Source: Planctomycetota bacterium (GTDB lineage Bacteria; Planctomycetota; UBA1135; UBA2386). From it: a stretch of 64,000 nt of DNA. Both the position numbers and the translations under genes were made by a program. The DNA lies in contig CANMWZ010000016.1 of NCBI GenBank assembly GCA_947501605.1, forward strand, positions 27,991-91,990, written 5' to 3'. Below are positions 63,087-64,000 of this stretch, piece after piece; position 1 is the first letter of the stretch, and each line of letters starts with the position of its first letter. Under the pieces are notes generated by a model, which was not told where the DNA came from, did no database searches, and saw only the letters and a list, made by a program, of their open reading frames with translations.

Positions 63087-64000
63087 ATGACGAACATGCC
63101 CCGAAGCCAAAACCTCCTTGGCCGCCTGCTCGCCCTGGCCTGGTTGCTTGCATCGTCCTCGTGCATGCTGCCGATGACCGCTCAGGAGGTCGACTTCGGC
63201 GCCTACTACGTGAACGGCGAACTCGCCCTGAGCTACCAGCACGACGCCTTCGATCCGCAACGAGCGCGCGCGACCTGCAAGGTCTATCACCACGTCCACG
63301 CGCCAGACGGACGCCTGTTGACGAAGGGGCTGGGTGGCCAGTTCGAACATCACCGCGGACTGTTCTTCGGCTTCCATCAAACGCGCGCCGGCGCGCAGCT
63401 GCTCGACTTCTGGCACTGTCGCAACGGCGAGAGTCAACGCCATCGAGCCTTCGTCGACGCCAGCGAACATGGCCTCGACGCCTCGTGGATCGTCGCCGCC
63501 ATCGACTGGCTCGACCGTGAAGAGCGCACCGTCGTGCACGAGCATCGCGCCGTTCGCGTGCGCGCCTTCGACGCGGCGACGTGGTGCATCGATGTCCACA
63601 GCGAACTCAGCGCAACTGCAACCGTGGAACTGGGCGGCGACCCGCAGCACAGCGGTCACCAGTTTCGCGCCCTCGACCGCTTCGCGCCGAAGGACCAACC
63701 CAAGGTCACCTACGTGCGACCAGAGACGGCAATGGCGCAGCCGAACGACATCTGGACCGGATGCGACTGGATCGCGGCGGTGCTGCCGTTTGCCGACGAT
63801 GAAGGCGGGCCAGTGACCGTCATTCGCGTGGAAGGCCGCAACAACCCAACCGACGTGTCATGGTCGACACGCGACTACGGGCGCTTTGGTGCAACGTTCG
63901 CCCACACGCTGCAACCGGGTTCCCCGCTGATCGTGCGCTACCACTACATCGTCGCTCTCGGCAGCCTACTCCGCGCGCAGTGCAGTGCGCTCGCGGCCCG
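63087..64000 (+). CDS. PmoA-like (PF14100/DUF6807-type) protein with a signal/lipoprotein-like N-terminus. Partial: runs off the right edge.
   Basis: Not in the ORF track because no stop lies in the window. My own translation gives MTNMPRSQNLLGRLLALAWLLASSSC..., with EHHRGLFFGF...LDFWHC and STRDYGRFGA resembling the family's HHRG / DFW / DYG blocks as I recall them. Confidence 0.65.
   Translation, partial: MTNMPRSQNLLGRLLALAWLLASSSCMLPMTAQEVDFGAYYVNGELALSYQHDAFDPQRARATCKVYHHVHAPDGRLLTKGLGGQFEHHRGLFFGFHQTRAGAQLLDFWHCRNGESQRHRAFVDASEHGLDASWIVAAIDWLDREERTVVHEHRAVRVRAFDAATWCIDVHSELSATATVELGGDPQHSGHQFRALDRFAPKDQPKVTYVRPETAMAQPNDIWTGCDWIAAVLPFADDEGGPVTVIRVEGRNNPTDVSWSTRDYGRFGATFAHTLQPGSPLIVRYHYIVALGSLLRAQCSALAA

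Overview
GC-rich bacterial chromosomal window (roughly two-thirds G+C by eye), very densely packed. I support about 58 protein genes, separated by short spacers and joined by about a dozen 4-nt or 8-nt start/stop overlaps. Most of the content is housekeeping. Translation: ffh, rpsP, rpmE, prfA, prmC, rlmN, mnmG. Proteostasis: tig-clpP-clpX and a J-protein. Purine synthesis: purL, purQ, purD. Envelope: murA, an Omp85/BamA-like protein, a GT4 glycosyltransferase. DNA: ssb, ruvA. Also accA and a class I fumarase. I found no rRNA, tRNA, CRISPR array, transposase, integrase or phage-like genes, so this reads as core chromosome rather than an accessory island. Several genes suggest a Planctomycetota/PVC-like or similar lineage: a TPR protein with two RpoA alpha-CTD-like domains, a DUF4388-like protein, a PmoA-like protein, a DUF993-like protein, a DNRLRE-like secreted protein, and many HEAT/TPR secreted proteins. 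That assignment is inference only. Five items stand out as least ordinary. (1) A translationally coupled coiled-coil protein plus a divergent MreB/ParM-superfamily actin-like ATPase with no mreCD or par context (7769-9555). (2) A three-gene operon of an enolase-superfamily enzyme, an Old-Yellow-Enzyme flavoprotein and an Nramp-fold permease lacking the DPGN metal motif (51212-55475). (3) A coupled DUF993-like / 2-hydroxyacid dehydrogenase / glycerate kinase unit followed by a PmoA-like gene (59471-64000). (4) A PurS-PurS-PurL fusion. (5) A purD-fur-sigma54 activator string joined by overlapping stop/start codons. None of these is demonstrably a new system from sequence alone. All functional calls rest on motifs read by eye in the translations, and no database search was possible. 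The ORF track translates alternative start codons (GTG/TTG) as M. Several long track ORFs are real genes whose frame stays open far upstream, or are antisense shadow ORFs typical of GC-rich DNA. I trimmed starts using motif position, third-position GC and stop/start overlaps.
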